Below, one piece after another: positions 1-7,949 of a stretch of DNA of 64,000 bases. The position numbers and the translations under genes are program-made. Source of the stretch: Clostridia bacterium. Its GTDB lineage: Bacteria > Bacillota > Clostridia > Christensenellales > Maliibacteriaceae. Location of the stretch: assembly GCA_017431145.1 (NCBI GenBank), contig JAFRLQ010000053.1, positions 59,710 to 123,709 on the forward strand, given 5' to 3'. Below the pieces are notes generated by a model. The model searched no databases. It was not told the origin of the DNA and saw nothing but the letters and a program-made list of their open reading frames with translations. Each line of letters begins with the position of its first letter. Position 1 is the stretch's first letter.

Positions 1-650
1 TTGGTATAGACGCCCTCGCCGCGCTCCGGCGCTTCCACCTGTCCGAGATTGTCATGCGTATCCAGCACGAACATCCAGCTCTGCGGAATGTGAAGGATGA
101 CCTGCCCCAGGTTATCCGTTACCGTAATCTTTCCGTTCCCCGTATAGGCTTCGGTATTGGTAACGAACACCTGCACGCTCCCCAGGTTGTCGTGGATCCG
201 CGCGTCCGCCATATCCGCCGCGTCCAGATAGATCGAGGAAGTGCCGACCTTCTTGTTTTTCGTTGTGAACCTTCTTGTGGAAGGGAATATCAGCTTCAGT
301 CCGATCATGACCAGGAAGCCCGCGCCGATGATCAGCCATTCGTTGATGACCCGCATTTCCTCGCGACCCATGAGATTCAGGATCACCGGCTGGAAGATCA
401 CGCCCAGAAGTGCCAGCGGCAATACCGCTTCGGGGATCTGCCGCGCTGCGATCCTCTCTACCATCCAGCCCAGGCATACCGCGCCAAGCAGGATCCGCCA
501 TACCGTGAGACGGTTTCCGAGATTCACGCCCATTCCGCTGATGATCAGCATCGCAGCCGCAAGCAGAAGGATCATTCCCCAGAAGACGCCATTCGAACGT
601 TTTGTACCGTACTCCCATTTGAATTCTTTCTTCACTTTTTTCTCGCTCAT
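1..650 (-). CDS. Polytopic membrane protein, 3'-truncated by the window edge; putative partner of the LytTR regulator, with a possibly LiaF/DUF2154-like C-terminal part
   Basis: Not in the ORF track because no stop lies in the window. Manual reverse translation from the ATG at 650-648 stays open to position 3: MSEKKVKKEFKWEYGTKRSNGVFWGMILLLAAAMLII... It has about 4 hydrophobic segments, then three DNLG(S/Q)V repeats. Its ATG overlaps the LytTR stop (ATGA at 647-650). Confidence 0.7.
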   Translation of the reverse strand, partial: MSEKKVKKEFKWEYGTKRSNGVFWGMILLLAAAMLIISGMGVNLGNRLTVWRILLGAVCLGWMVERIAARQIPEAVLPLALLGVIFQPVILNLMGREEMRVINEWLIIGAGFLVMIGLKLIFPSTRRFTTKNKKVGTSSIYLDAADMADARIHDNLGSVQVFVTNTEAYTGNGKITVTDNLGQVILHIPQSWMFVLDTHDNLGQVEAPERGEGVYT

Positions 651-1105
651 TTTCTTAACCTCATCTCTTCGATCGTCTCCCGCACCGCACTGTAGTACAT
701 GCGCGAGATATACGCTTTTTTGCCGCATCCCGCGAAGGACGCCTCACCGACGCCGGTCGGCCCTCTTGTGATGGAACGGATCTTCGCCGTATTGACGATG
801 CCGCTCTTGGACGACCGCACGAACGCGCGCGGAAGGATCCCCGCCAGTTCGTTCAGCCGCATCGCGCTGCGGAAGCAGTCCTGCGCCGTGTGTACCCAGA
901 CGTAATCATCGCTGACTTCAAAATAGAGGATCTCACCATAGGAGAGGAAGATCTCTCCTTCCCCGCTGTGCACCGCGAGTTCGCCTCTTCTTGACGCTGC
1001 GTTCTCCAGCGCTTTCTGGATGCGCAGGATCTCGTCCGTCACGGCAGGCGCGCGTATGATCACTTCTTCGGGGATCCCCGGTTCGATCTCGATCCTGATC
1101 TTCAT
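647..1105 (-). CDS. Stand-alone LytTR-family DNA-binding protein with no receiver domain
   Basis: 152 aa. The C-terminal two-thirds resemble a LytTR domain (IFLSYGEILYFEVSDDYVWVHTAQDCFRSAMRLNELAGILP..FVRSSKSGIVNTAKI). AGGAG RBS lies 6 nt upstream of the ATG. Confidence 0.85.
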   Translation of the reverse strand: MKIRIEIEPGIPEEVIIRAPAVTDEILRIQKALENAASRRGELAVHSGEGEIFLSYGEILYFEVSDDYVWVHTAQDCFRSAMRLNELAGILPRAFVRSSKSGIVNTAKIRSITRGPTGVGEASFAGCGKKAYISRMYYSAVRETIEEMRLRK

Positions 1106-1137
1106 GATTCCGCGCTCCTTTCCCTGTCCACAATTGC

Positions 1138-1143
1138 ATTATA
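1138..1143 (-). promoter_or_regulatory. Candidate -10 box (TATAAT on the minus strand) for the LytTR operon, with a poor -35
   Basis: The reverse complement of 1138-1143 is TATAAT, about 33 nt upstream of the ATG at 1105. The hexamer at the -35 position is GTTTTT. Confidence 0.45.
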
Positions 1144-1174
1144 CATGTCTCATGACGCAAAAAAACCGTTTTCA

Positions 1175-1207
1175 GCCAAGTGGTCGTTTTTACCCGCCAA
1201 GTGGTCG
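1175..1207. promoter_or_regulatory. Two perfect 12-nt direct repeats GCCAAGTGGTCG with a 21-bp period; candidate LytTR operator
   Basis: Copies at 1175-1186 and 1196-1207. They lie in the divergent intergenic region between the LytTR operon and the PfkB kinase gene. Confidence 0.6.
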
Positions 1208-1252
1208 AAACGCCCTCTTTTCTTTCGCTCCGCTTCTTTTTCCTTCCTTCTT

Positions 1253-1261
1253 TGTTATAAT
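1253..1261 (+). promoter_or_regulatory. Extended -10 promoter element (TGtTATAAT) for the PfkB kinase gene
   Basis: TGTTATAAT at 1253-1261, 64 nt upstream of the ATG at 1325. No good -35. Confidence 0.45.
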
Positions 1262-1324
1262 AATACAAGAAAATGAACGGTCGCGCAGAACCGTTTCCGC
1301 TGTTTTTTTCGGGAGGGACCTGTT

Positions 1325-2332
1325 ATGAGAAAAGGAATCTGTGTCGCAGGCAATATGATCGTGGATATCGTCTATCCCATCACCGGCTGGCCGCAGCCGG
1401 GCGAGCTGGTCCACATTCACGACGGTATCACACATACGACGGGCGGTTCGGTATGCAACTGCATCGTGGATCTGGCGAAGCTCGATCCGGAGCTTCCGCT
1501 GTATGCGATGGGAAAAAACGGAACCGACGCGGAAGGCGATCTGATCATGGCTGCGATCGATTACCCCAACGTGGATGTGTCCAACGTGATCCGGGACGGG
1601 GCCTCCGCTTTCACCGCCGTCATGAGTGACCAGATAAGCAAGCAGCGCACATTCTTCACATATCTGGGCGCCAACGGAAAGTTTGACGAGTCCGATATCA
1701 TCTGGGACAATGTGCCCGCGAACATCCTGCATATCGCCTATATCATGCTTCTCAACGCGCTGGATCAGCCGGACGACGAGTTCGGCACGAAGATGGCAAG
1801 GCTTCTGTGTCACGCACAGGAGCACGGTCTGAAAACCTCCATCGATATCGTCAGCGAGGCAAGCGACCGGTATAAAACGCTCGTTCCTCCCGCTTTGAAA
1901 TACACAGATTACTGTATCATCAATGAATATGAAGCCCAGCAGTCCACCGGCATCATGCTGCGTGACAGCAATGACCGGCTTATGACAGAGAATGTCCCGG
2001 AAGCGCTGTCCGCGCTGAAGCGCATGGGTGTTTCTACCTGGGCTGTAATCCACGCACCGGAAGGCGGTTACGGTCTGGATGAGCACAACAACTATATCGT
2101 CCGCGCAAGCCTCGCTCTGCCCGAGGATTACATCAAGGGTTCCGTCGGAGCAGGCGATGCTTTCTGCTCCGGCGTCCTTTACGGTGCGGAGACGGGAATG
2201 GCACTGCCCGAAGCCATCGATCTTGGCATCTGCAGTGCGGCGGCGTCCCTGAGCATGCCCGGATCCACGGAAGGCATGCGTTCAAAGGACGAGGTCATGC
2301 AGCTTCTTGAGAGATTCGGAAGAAGAGGCTGA
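1325..2332 (+). CDS. PfkB-family carbohydrate kinase
   Basis: 335 aa. N-terminal ICVAGNMIVD and the C-terminal PfkB signature GAGDAFCSGVLYG. GGGAGGGA RBS. Confidence 0.85.
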   Translation: MRKGICVAGNMIVDIVYPITGWPQPGELVHIHDGITHTTGGSVCNCIVDLAKLDPELPLYAMGKNGTDAEGDLIMAAIDYPNVDVSNVIRDGASAFTAVMSDQISKQRTFFTYLGANGKFDESDIIWDNVPANILHIAYIMLLNALDQPDDEFGTKMARLLCHAQEHGLKTSIDIVSEASDRYKTLVPPALKYTDYCIINEYEAQQSTGIMLRDSNDRLMTENVPEALSALKRMGVSTWAVIHAPEGGYGLDEHNNYIVRASLALPEDYIKGSVGAGDAFCSGVLYGAETGMALPEAIDLGICSAAASLSMPGSTEGMRSKDEVMQLLERFGRRG

Positions 2333-2388
2333 CAGATACTGAAATGTTTCCGCTGAAACATAAGGAAATCAGGCCGGCTTCACGGCAT

Positions 2389-2423
2389 GCAAAAGGCTTC
2401 TGCAGAATGCAGAAGCCTTTTGC
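2389..2423. terminator. Bidirectional intrinsic terminator between convergent genes
   Basis: Perfect palindrome GCAAAAGGCTTCTGCA-GAA-TGCAGAAGCCTTTTGC, with an A-tract and a T-tract on either side of the GC core. Confidence 0.75.
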
Positions 2424-2463
2424 GTGTCACTCCGTCAGACTCTGACGATACAGTCTCTCTTTC

Positions 2464-2997
2464 TCATTTGATCCATGTGATGTAATCCGCTTTTCTCTCC
2501 TTGGGCTGGGGATCGGGCATGTCCGCGTATCCCAGCGCGATGGATGCGACTCCCTGCAGATCCTCGCTCAGGCCCCACTTTTTCAGCAGCGCCTTGCCTT
2601 CTGGCATCTCAAACATCTGGATCGGACGGTCGATCCAGCAGGAAGCCAGACCCACAGCATATGCCGCGTTCAGAAGATTGGTCATGACCGCCGCCCCGTC
2701 ACGATGCGGTGCATGGGATTCCGGCGTGGCGAAGACAATCAGGATCGTCGGCGCGCCGTAATAGGGATCAGGATCCGCACTCGGTCTGCCAAGGACCTTT
2801 GCGTTCAGTTTCCGGACAGCTGCCAGGCTTTCCTCTTCCTGAACGACCACGATCTTGCAGCCCTGTGTGCCGGATGCCGTCGGAGCGTAAGTGCCTGCCT
2901 CAAGCACCAGTGCGAGTTCTTCGTCTTTAACCTGTTCCTGTTTGAATTTGCGGATGGAACGTCTGTTTTTCAGCACGTCAAGCGCTTCCATTTTCAT
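2464..2997 (-). CDS. Nitroreductase-family flavoprotein
   Basis: 177 aa. N-terminal LKNRRSIRKF motif typical of nitroreductases. Confidence 0.85.
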   Translation of the reverse strand: MKMEALDVLKNRRSIRKFKQEQVKDEELALVLEAGTYAPTASGTQGCKIVVVQEEESLAAVRKLNAKVLGRPSADPDPYYGAPTILIVFATPESHAPHRDGAAVMTNLLNAAYAVGLASCWIDRPIQMFEMPEGKALLKKWGLSEDLQGVASIALGYADMPDPQPKERKADYITWIK

Positions 2998-3057
2998 GAA
3001 AAAGTCACCTCCGAATATTAGTTAACTATATTATACACTGCATGCCGGAAAAGAAAA

Positions 3058-3078
3058 CGGCAGCCGCAACGGCTGCCG
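3058..3078 (-). terminator. Intrinsic terminator downstream of nfnB
   Basis: CGGCAGCCG-caa-CGGCTGCCG hairpin, followed on the minus strand by TTTTCTTTT. Confidence 0.7.
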
Positions 3079-3096
3079 CATCTTTTTCGGTTGTGC

Positions 3097-4509
3097 TTAT
3101 TCCTTTGCGCTCAGGAATTCATCGATGGATTTCGCCGCAAGTTTGCCGGCGCCCATCGCGGAAATGACGGTCGCGGCGCCTGTTACGGCGTCTCCGCCGG
3201 CGTACACGCCTTCGCGTGACGTCAGCCCGTCTTCGTTGATGATGATGCCACCTCTGCGGTTGACTTCGAGGCCTTTGGTCGTGTTCTTGATCAGCGGGTT
3301 CGGAGACGTTCCGATCGCGATGACGACCGTATTCACATCCAGCGTGTACTCGCTGCCCTCTACCGGGACGGGTCTGCGGCGTCCGCGTTCATCCGGCTCG
3401 CCCAGTTCCATTTTGATAACTTTCATACCCGTCACGAATCCGTTCTTCGGATCTCTGGGATCGTCCGGATTCTGATACCCGAGGATCTCGACGGGATTGC
3501 GCAGAAGGTGGAACTCGATGCCCTCTTCCTGTGCGTGCTCCACTTCCTCTTTCCTTGCGGGAAGCTCGTCCATGGAACGGCGGTATACGATGTACACCTT
3601 GTCCGCGCCGAGACGGAGCGCCGTACGTGCCGCGTCCATCGCAACGTTTCCGCCGCCGACGATCGCGACTTTTCCGCCCTTCATGATCGGGGTATCGGGC
3701 GTTTCCCTGTACGCCTTCATGAGGTTGCTTCTCGTCAGAAACTCGTTTGCAGAATACACGCCCTTCAGGCTCTCGCCCGGGATCCCCATGAAATTCGGAA
3801 GTCCCGCGCCGGAACCGACAAAGACCGCCTCGAATCCCATCTCAAACAGTTCATCGATGGTGAGCGTCTTGCCGATCACGACGTTAGTCTCCACGTCAAC
3901 GCCCAGTTCCTTCAGCGTCTCCACTTCTTTGGCGACGATCGCCTTGGGAAGACGGAACTCGGGAATGCCGTAGACCAGAACACCGCCCGCGGTATGCAGT
4001 GCCTCAAAGACAGAGACCTTATAGCCTTTCTTGGCCAGGTCGCCCGCGCAGGTCAGTCCGGAAGGACCGGAGCCCACGATCGCGACTTTATGTCCGTTGC
4101 TCTCAGGCGCCTGTGCCTTTTTTGTATTGTTCGCGTTATGCCAGTCGGCGACGAAGCGCTCCAGACGGCCGATTCCCACAGGTTCGAACCGGATGCCCAT
4201 GGTGCATTTGCTTTCGCACTGGGACTCCTGCGGGCAGACTCTTCCGCAGACAGCGGGAAGAGAGGACGTCAGACTGATCACCTGATACGCGCCTTCAAAA
4301 TCACTTTCCTTGATCTTTGCGATGAACTCAGGGATATGGATGTTTACGGGACAGCCCTCCACACACGGACGGTTCTTGCAGTTCAGACAGCGGTTTGCTT
4401 CCTCCACCGCGATCTCGGCCGTGTAACCGAGCGCCACTTCATTGAAATTATGGGCACGGACTGCCGGCTCCTGGGTCGGCATCTCGTGTTTCTTCGGATT
4501 CAGCGCCAT
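3097..4509 (-). CDS. nfnB: NADH-dependent reduced ferredoxin:NADP+ oxidoreductase large subunit (GltD-like, 'homotetrameric glutamate synthase' type)
   Basis: 470 aa. N-terminal Cys clusters (CLNCKNRPCVEGCP, CGRVCPQESQCESKC). Two dinucleotide-binding motifs (VAIVGSGPSGL, VAIVGGGNVAMD). Immediately downstream of an FNR-like small subunit. Confidence 0.8.
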   Translation of the reverse strand: MALNPKKHEMPTQEPAVRAHNFNEVALGYTAEIAVEEANRCLNCKNRPCVEGCPVNIHIPEFIAKIKESDFEGAYQVISLTSSLPAVCGRVCPQESQCESKCTMGIRFEPVGIGRLERFVADWHNANNTKKAQAPESNGHKVAIVGSGPSGLTCAGDLAKKGYKVSVFEALHTAGGVLVYGIPEFRLPKAIVAKEVETLKELGVDVETNVVIGKTLTIDELFEMGFEAVFVGSGAGLPNFMGIPGESLKGVYSANEFLTRSNLMKAYRETPDTPIMKGGKVAIVGGGNVAMDAARTALRLGADKVYIVYRRSMDELPARKEEVEHAQEEGIEFHLLRNPVEILGYQNPDDPRDPKNGFVTGMKVIKMELGEPDERGRRRPVPVEGSEYTLDVNTVVIAIGTSPNPLIKNTTKGLEVNRRGGIIINEDGLTSREGVYAGGDAVTGAATVISAMGAGKLAAKSIDEFLSAKE

Positions 4510-4512
4510 CGC

Positions 4513-5364
4513 TCAGGCCTCCTTTTTGAAGAGATTGCACGCGGCTTCATACGCATGCCGCTCAAAGTCCATATACATACGCCCACGGGACATGGCCTCG
4601 TCGAAATCGACTTCATAGCCGTTGAAGTCCGGTCCGTCCACGCACGCGAATTTTGTGATCTTCTCTCCGTCACGGTTCAGCGTCAGCCTGCAGCCGCCGC
4701 ACATGCCCGTTCCGTCGATCATGATGGGGTTCATGGAGACCGTTACCGGGATGTTGAACGGTTTCGCCGTCAGGACCACGAATTTCATCATGATCAGCGG
4801 TCCGATGGTGATGATCATATCGAAGGTCTCCCCTGCTTCCAGCATTTCCTTCAGAGGCACCGTCACGTTTCCGTGTCTGGCGTAGGACCCGTCGTCCGTC
4901 ATGACGATCAGTCTGTCGGAGCACTCCCTGAATTCATCTTCCAGGATAAGAAGGTCCTTGTTCCGGAACCCGATGATGCTGGTCACTTCAGCCCCGAGTC
5001 TGTGGAACTCCTGCGCTACCGGCATCGCGATCGCGCAGCCGACGCCGCCGCCTACGATGCAGACCTTTTTGATCCCTTCGGTGTGTGTCGCCACACCCAG
5101 AGGTCCGACAAAGTCCTGAATGAACTCACCCTCTTCCTTGTGATTCAGTTTTTCCGTCGTTCCGCCTACGATCTGGAAGATGATCTTGACTGTTCCGCGT
5201 TCCGGATCCGTTCCGGCTACGGTAAGAGGGATCCTCTCCCCGTCCTCATCCACGCGAAGGATGATGAACTGGCCCGGCTGCGCCTTGCGCGCAACCAGAG
5301 GGGCTTCGATCTCCATCTGCGTAACGGTCGGGTTCAGCGCTTTCTTCGCTGCGATCTTGTACAT
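4513..5364 (-). CDS. nfnA: NfnA-type FAD/NAD(P)-binding [2Fe-2S] subunit (sulfide/dihydroorotate dehydrogenase-like)
   Basis: The track ORF runs 4513-5418. I trimmed it to MYKIAAKK at 5364 because a GGGAGGAA RBS precedes that ATG. C-terminal Cys motif DGTGMCGGCR...ACVDGP. Confidence 0.8.
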   Translation of the reverse strand: MYKIAAKKALNPTVTQMEIEAPLVARKAQPGQFIILRVDEDGERIPLTVAGTDPERGTVKIIFQIVGGTTEKLNHKEEGEFIQDFVGPLGVATHTEGIKKVCIVGGGVGCAIAMPVAQEFHRLGAEVTSIIGFRNKDLLILEDEFRECSDRLIVMTDDGSYARHGNVTVPLKEMLEAGETFDMIITIGPLIMMKFVVLTAKPFNIPVTVSMNPIMIDGTGMCGGCRLTLNRDGEKITKFACVDGPDFNGYEVDFDEAMSRGRMYMDFERHAYEAACNLFKKEA

Positions 5365-5432
5365 TTGCCATTCCTCCCGTTTTCCCATACGGCAGCCGTT
5401 CTTTCCGGTCTGCCTCAAAATGTTTACCGTTT

Positions 5433-5462
5433 ATTCTACTGACTTTTTCCTCTTTTTGTCAA
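5433..5462 (-). promoter_or_regulatory. Sigma-70-type promoter for nfnAB
   Basis: Minus strand reads TTGACA (5462-5457), an 18-nt spacer, then TAGAAT (5438-5433). It lies about 70 nt upstream of the nfnA start. Confidence 0.55.
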
Positions 5463-5478
5463 TCACGGCGCCGTATCT

Positions 5479-6222
5479 TCATGCCGTTTTCTTCCCTTTT
5501 CCCGTGATGTTCGCGATAAGCACGATCGTCCAGAAAGCCACATACAGAAGATCCATCAGCAGGCCCGCCCAGAAAAGCAGCGATCCGAACGCGAGTCCGT
5601 TCATGAGAATATCACCCAGCAGCGTCAGGAAAATCGCACCGATGCAGAATGCAGGTCCCATGACGCCAAGCACTGCCGCTTTCTCATTTGAAAACCAGTA
5701 GATCGCAAGCAGCACCGCGCCGACGATCGTGAGCACAGACCCCAGCGTATAGGTCACTGCGGACATGGAAAAGGTGATCCGTGAGAGTGCGATCAGGATC
5801 GCGCCGACCGCCGCCAGCGCCGCTCCTTTTCTCTTCGGATAAAGCGCCAGATAGTAGATTGCGATCAGGAGCATGCCGGCCATCCCGAGAAATGCCAGGA
5901 TCATATTGTAATTGAATATGCCCAGAAACACTCGCGGGATGATCCTGTGCTCTCCTGTGATCAGATGATACAGCGAGATCCGCCAGAACACATCCGCCAG
6001 AGGATACAGAAGCGCAATGATCAGTGCGAATACCCCGAACAGTGCGCTGCGTTTTTTTGTCTCCTGCAGCGGCTGCTGTACAGTTCCGTAACCGGGCTGC
6101 GTCTGCAGCTGCTGAACGGCGCCATATGCCGGCTGCGTTTGGGACTGTGTGACCTGTCTTCCGCACACGCCGCAAAATACGGCGTCATCCGGAAGCTGTG
6201 TTCCGCAAAAAGGACAATACAT
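5479..6222 (-). CDS. Zinc-ribbon-domain membrane protein
   Basis: 247 aa. N-terminal MYCPFCGTQLPDDAVFCGVCG zinc ribbon. Tandem QTQP(A/G)YG(A/T)VQQ repeat, then about 6 hydrophobic helices. Confidence 0.75.
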   Translation of the reverse strand: MYCPFCGTQLPDDAVFCGVCGRQVTQSQTQPAYGAVQQLQTQPGYGTVQQPLQETKKRSALFGVFALIIALLYPLADVFWRISLYHLITGEHRIIPRVFLGIFNYNMILAFLGMAGMLLIAIYYLALYPKRKGAALAAVGAILIALSRITFSMSAVTYTLGSVLTIVGAVLLAIYWFSNEKAAVLGVMGPAFCIGAIFLTLLGDILMNGLAFGSLLFWAGLLMDLLYVAFWTIVLIANITGKGKKTA

Positions 6223-6240
6223 GTTTTCTTCCTCCTGTTT

Positions 6241-6735
6241 TTACGCTGATGCGTTTTCTTCTCCGGGCCTCCAGCCCCTGCAGACGTCGACCCATGCGGC
6301 TGCCGAGGAATACTTCTCCAGTTCCCCGGGTGTCAGTTCGATCATGCTGTTCCCGCTGCCGCAGGCAGGAAAAACCGTTTCAAATCTCTTCAGAGACTCG
6401 TCCAGATAGACCGTCACGCCTTCATTCACCGCGAACGGACAGACACCGCCGACAGCATGCCCGATAAGCCGGACCGTTTCATCGGGTTTCAGCATTCTCG
6501 CTTTTACCCCGAACCGTGCCTTGTATCTCGGATTGTCGATCCTGGCGTCTCCTGCCGCTACGATCAGAACCGGTGCGCTGTTCACGAGAAAGGAAAGCGT
6601 CTTCGCGATCCTGCAGGGTTCACAGTTCAGGGCCTGCGCCGCGAGCTGGACCGTGGCGCTGGACTCTTCCAGTTCCCTGACACGGTCTCCGATCCCCTGT
6701 GCCGTAAAGAACGCCTTGACTTTTTCCACACTCAT
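6241..6735 (-). CDS. YbaK/EbsC-type aminoacyl-tRNA deacylase domain protein
   Basis: The track ORF 6241-7011 is over-extended into the upstream gene. I trimmed it to MSVEKVKAFF at 6735. YbaK-like sequence (TLSFLVNSAPVLIVAAGDARID, IGHAVGGVCPF). Confidence 0.75.
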   Translation of the reverse strand: MSVEKVKAFFTAQGIGDRVRELEESSATVQLAAQALNCEPCRIAKTLSFLVNSAPVLIVAAGDARIDNPRYKARFGVKARMLKPDETVRLIGHAVGGVCPFAVNEGVTVYLDESLKRFETVFPACGSGNSMIELTPGELEKYSSAAAWVDVCRGWRPGEENASA

Positions 6736-6757
6736 ACTGTTTATCTCCAAAATTCCG

Positions 6758-7705
6758 TTATGACATGTCGACCGCGAACAGTCCGCCCGCGCCGCCGGAA
6801 TGCAGGAACAGGACCCGATCATCCGGCCCGAACGTACCTTCTTTTGCCATCGCCACGAGTCCGGCGAATGCCTTTCCTGTATAAACTGGATCCAGGAAGA
6901 TGCCTTCCGATCCCGCCAGAAGACTGATCGCTTCGTTTCCTTCCTTCGACGCGATCGCATAGCCGGGTCCACACATATCCCGGAGGATATAGTCCGTCGG
7001 CGTGATCTCAATGTCCGCCTCCAGAAGGTTTGCCGCTTCCCGCATCAGCTGCGGCGTAATGACATCAAAGGGATCTGTATCCACCATCATACCGTACACC
7101 TTCATCTCTGGAGCAAAAAGCTTCGCGCCAAGCGCAAGCCCCGCCATGGTCCCGCCGCTTCCCTCGGCGCAGATCAGGTGATCGAATCTGTCCTGACCGG
7201 TGATCTCCCGCACGCATTCCACATAGCCGAGCGCTCCCAGCGCGTTGGACCCGCCGCAGGGGATCTTGTAGTAAGGCACGCCCATCTGTGTGCCGATTCG
7301 GTCCATCTCTTCATAGATATCCGCGTAATCGTCGGTATCCATGAAGATGACTTCTGTACCCATGAGATATTCCAGCAGCTGGTTCCCGAGCCGCTCGGTT
7401 ACGCCTCTTTTTTTCAGGATCAGGATGCACTTCAGTCCAAGCCGTGTGCAGGCCGCCGCCGTAAGCATCGCATGATTGGATTGGGCGCCGCCCGTGGTAA
7501 AGACAAGTTCCGCGCCTTTCTTTTTGGCATCTGCCAGAAGGAACTCCAGTTTCCGGGTCTTGTTTCCGCCAAGCCCCAATCCTGTCAGATCGTCTCGCTT
7601 GATGAACACATTTGTGCCCAGTTTCGCGCTGATGTTGTCCAGCCGGTGGATCGGTGTGGGAAACACGCCCAGACTGATCCGGTCGAAAGAATCCAGTGAA
7701 CGCAT
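6758..7705 (-). CDS. PLP-dependent D-cysteine desulfhydrase / ACC deaminase family enzyme
   Basis: 315 aa. TPIHRL...KRDDLTGLGLGGNKTRKLEFLL, which includes the PLP-lysine motif. Confidence 0.85.
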   Translation of the reverse strand: MRSLDSFDRISLGVFPTPIHRLDNISAKLGTNVFIKRDDLTGLGLGGNKTRKLEFLLADAKKKGAELVFTTGGAQSNHAMLTAAACTRLGLKCILILKKRGVTERLGNQLLEYLMGTEVIFMDTDDYADIYEEMDRIGTQMGVPYYKIPCGGSNALGALGYVECVREITGQDRFDHLICAEGSGGTMAGLALGAKLFAPEMKVYGMMVDTDPFDVITPQLMREAANLLEADIEITPTDYILRDMCGPGYAIASKEGNEAISLLAGSEGIFLDPVYTGKAFAGLVAMAKEGTFGPDDRVLFLHSGGAGGLFAVDMS

Positions 7706-7949
7706 GGTGTTCTCCTTTCGCTGCCCCGTTTTCCGGAGCTATCTGTTTCAAAACTCTCTGTTTCCATTAACCGATTTTTTCTTCTGTTTGTCAATCTCTT
7801 CTCCTGATCTTTCAGTGGAATCCCTCTGTCAGCCGCACCACGCAGGCAGCGGCATCTTAATGCCATCTTAACAGTATACAAAAACACCCTTACGCCGTCT
7901 TAAAATCCCGTTCGATACAATACCCGTATATTAAAGGAGACGGTACGCC

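Noticed and set aside
3508-5442. A 644-aa plus-strand ORF.
   Set aside because: It lies entirely antisense to nfnB/nfnA. The translation is Arg/His/Asp-rich with no motifs, whereas the minus-strand genes have clear cofactor motifs and RBSs. This is a typical high-GC antisense-ORF artefact.
6736-7011. The N-terminal 92-aa extension of the YbaK-like ORF given in the track.
   Set aside because: It overlaps the 3' end of the desulfhydrase gene and is Arg-rich nonsense. The YbaK homology starts at the internal ATG at 6735.
7706-7949. A possible c-di-AMP (ydaO/kimA-type) riboswitch in the 244-nt leader upstream of trkH.
   Set aside because: By eye I could not find the conserved pseudo-twofold ACGGGGA/CCCA-type core elements or convincing paired helices. 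A covariance-model scan would be needed, so I make no claim.
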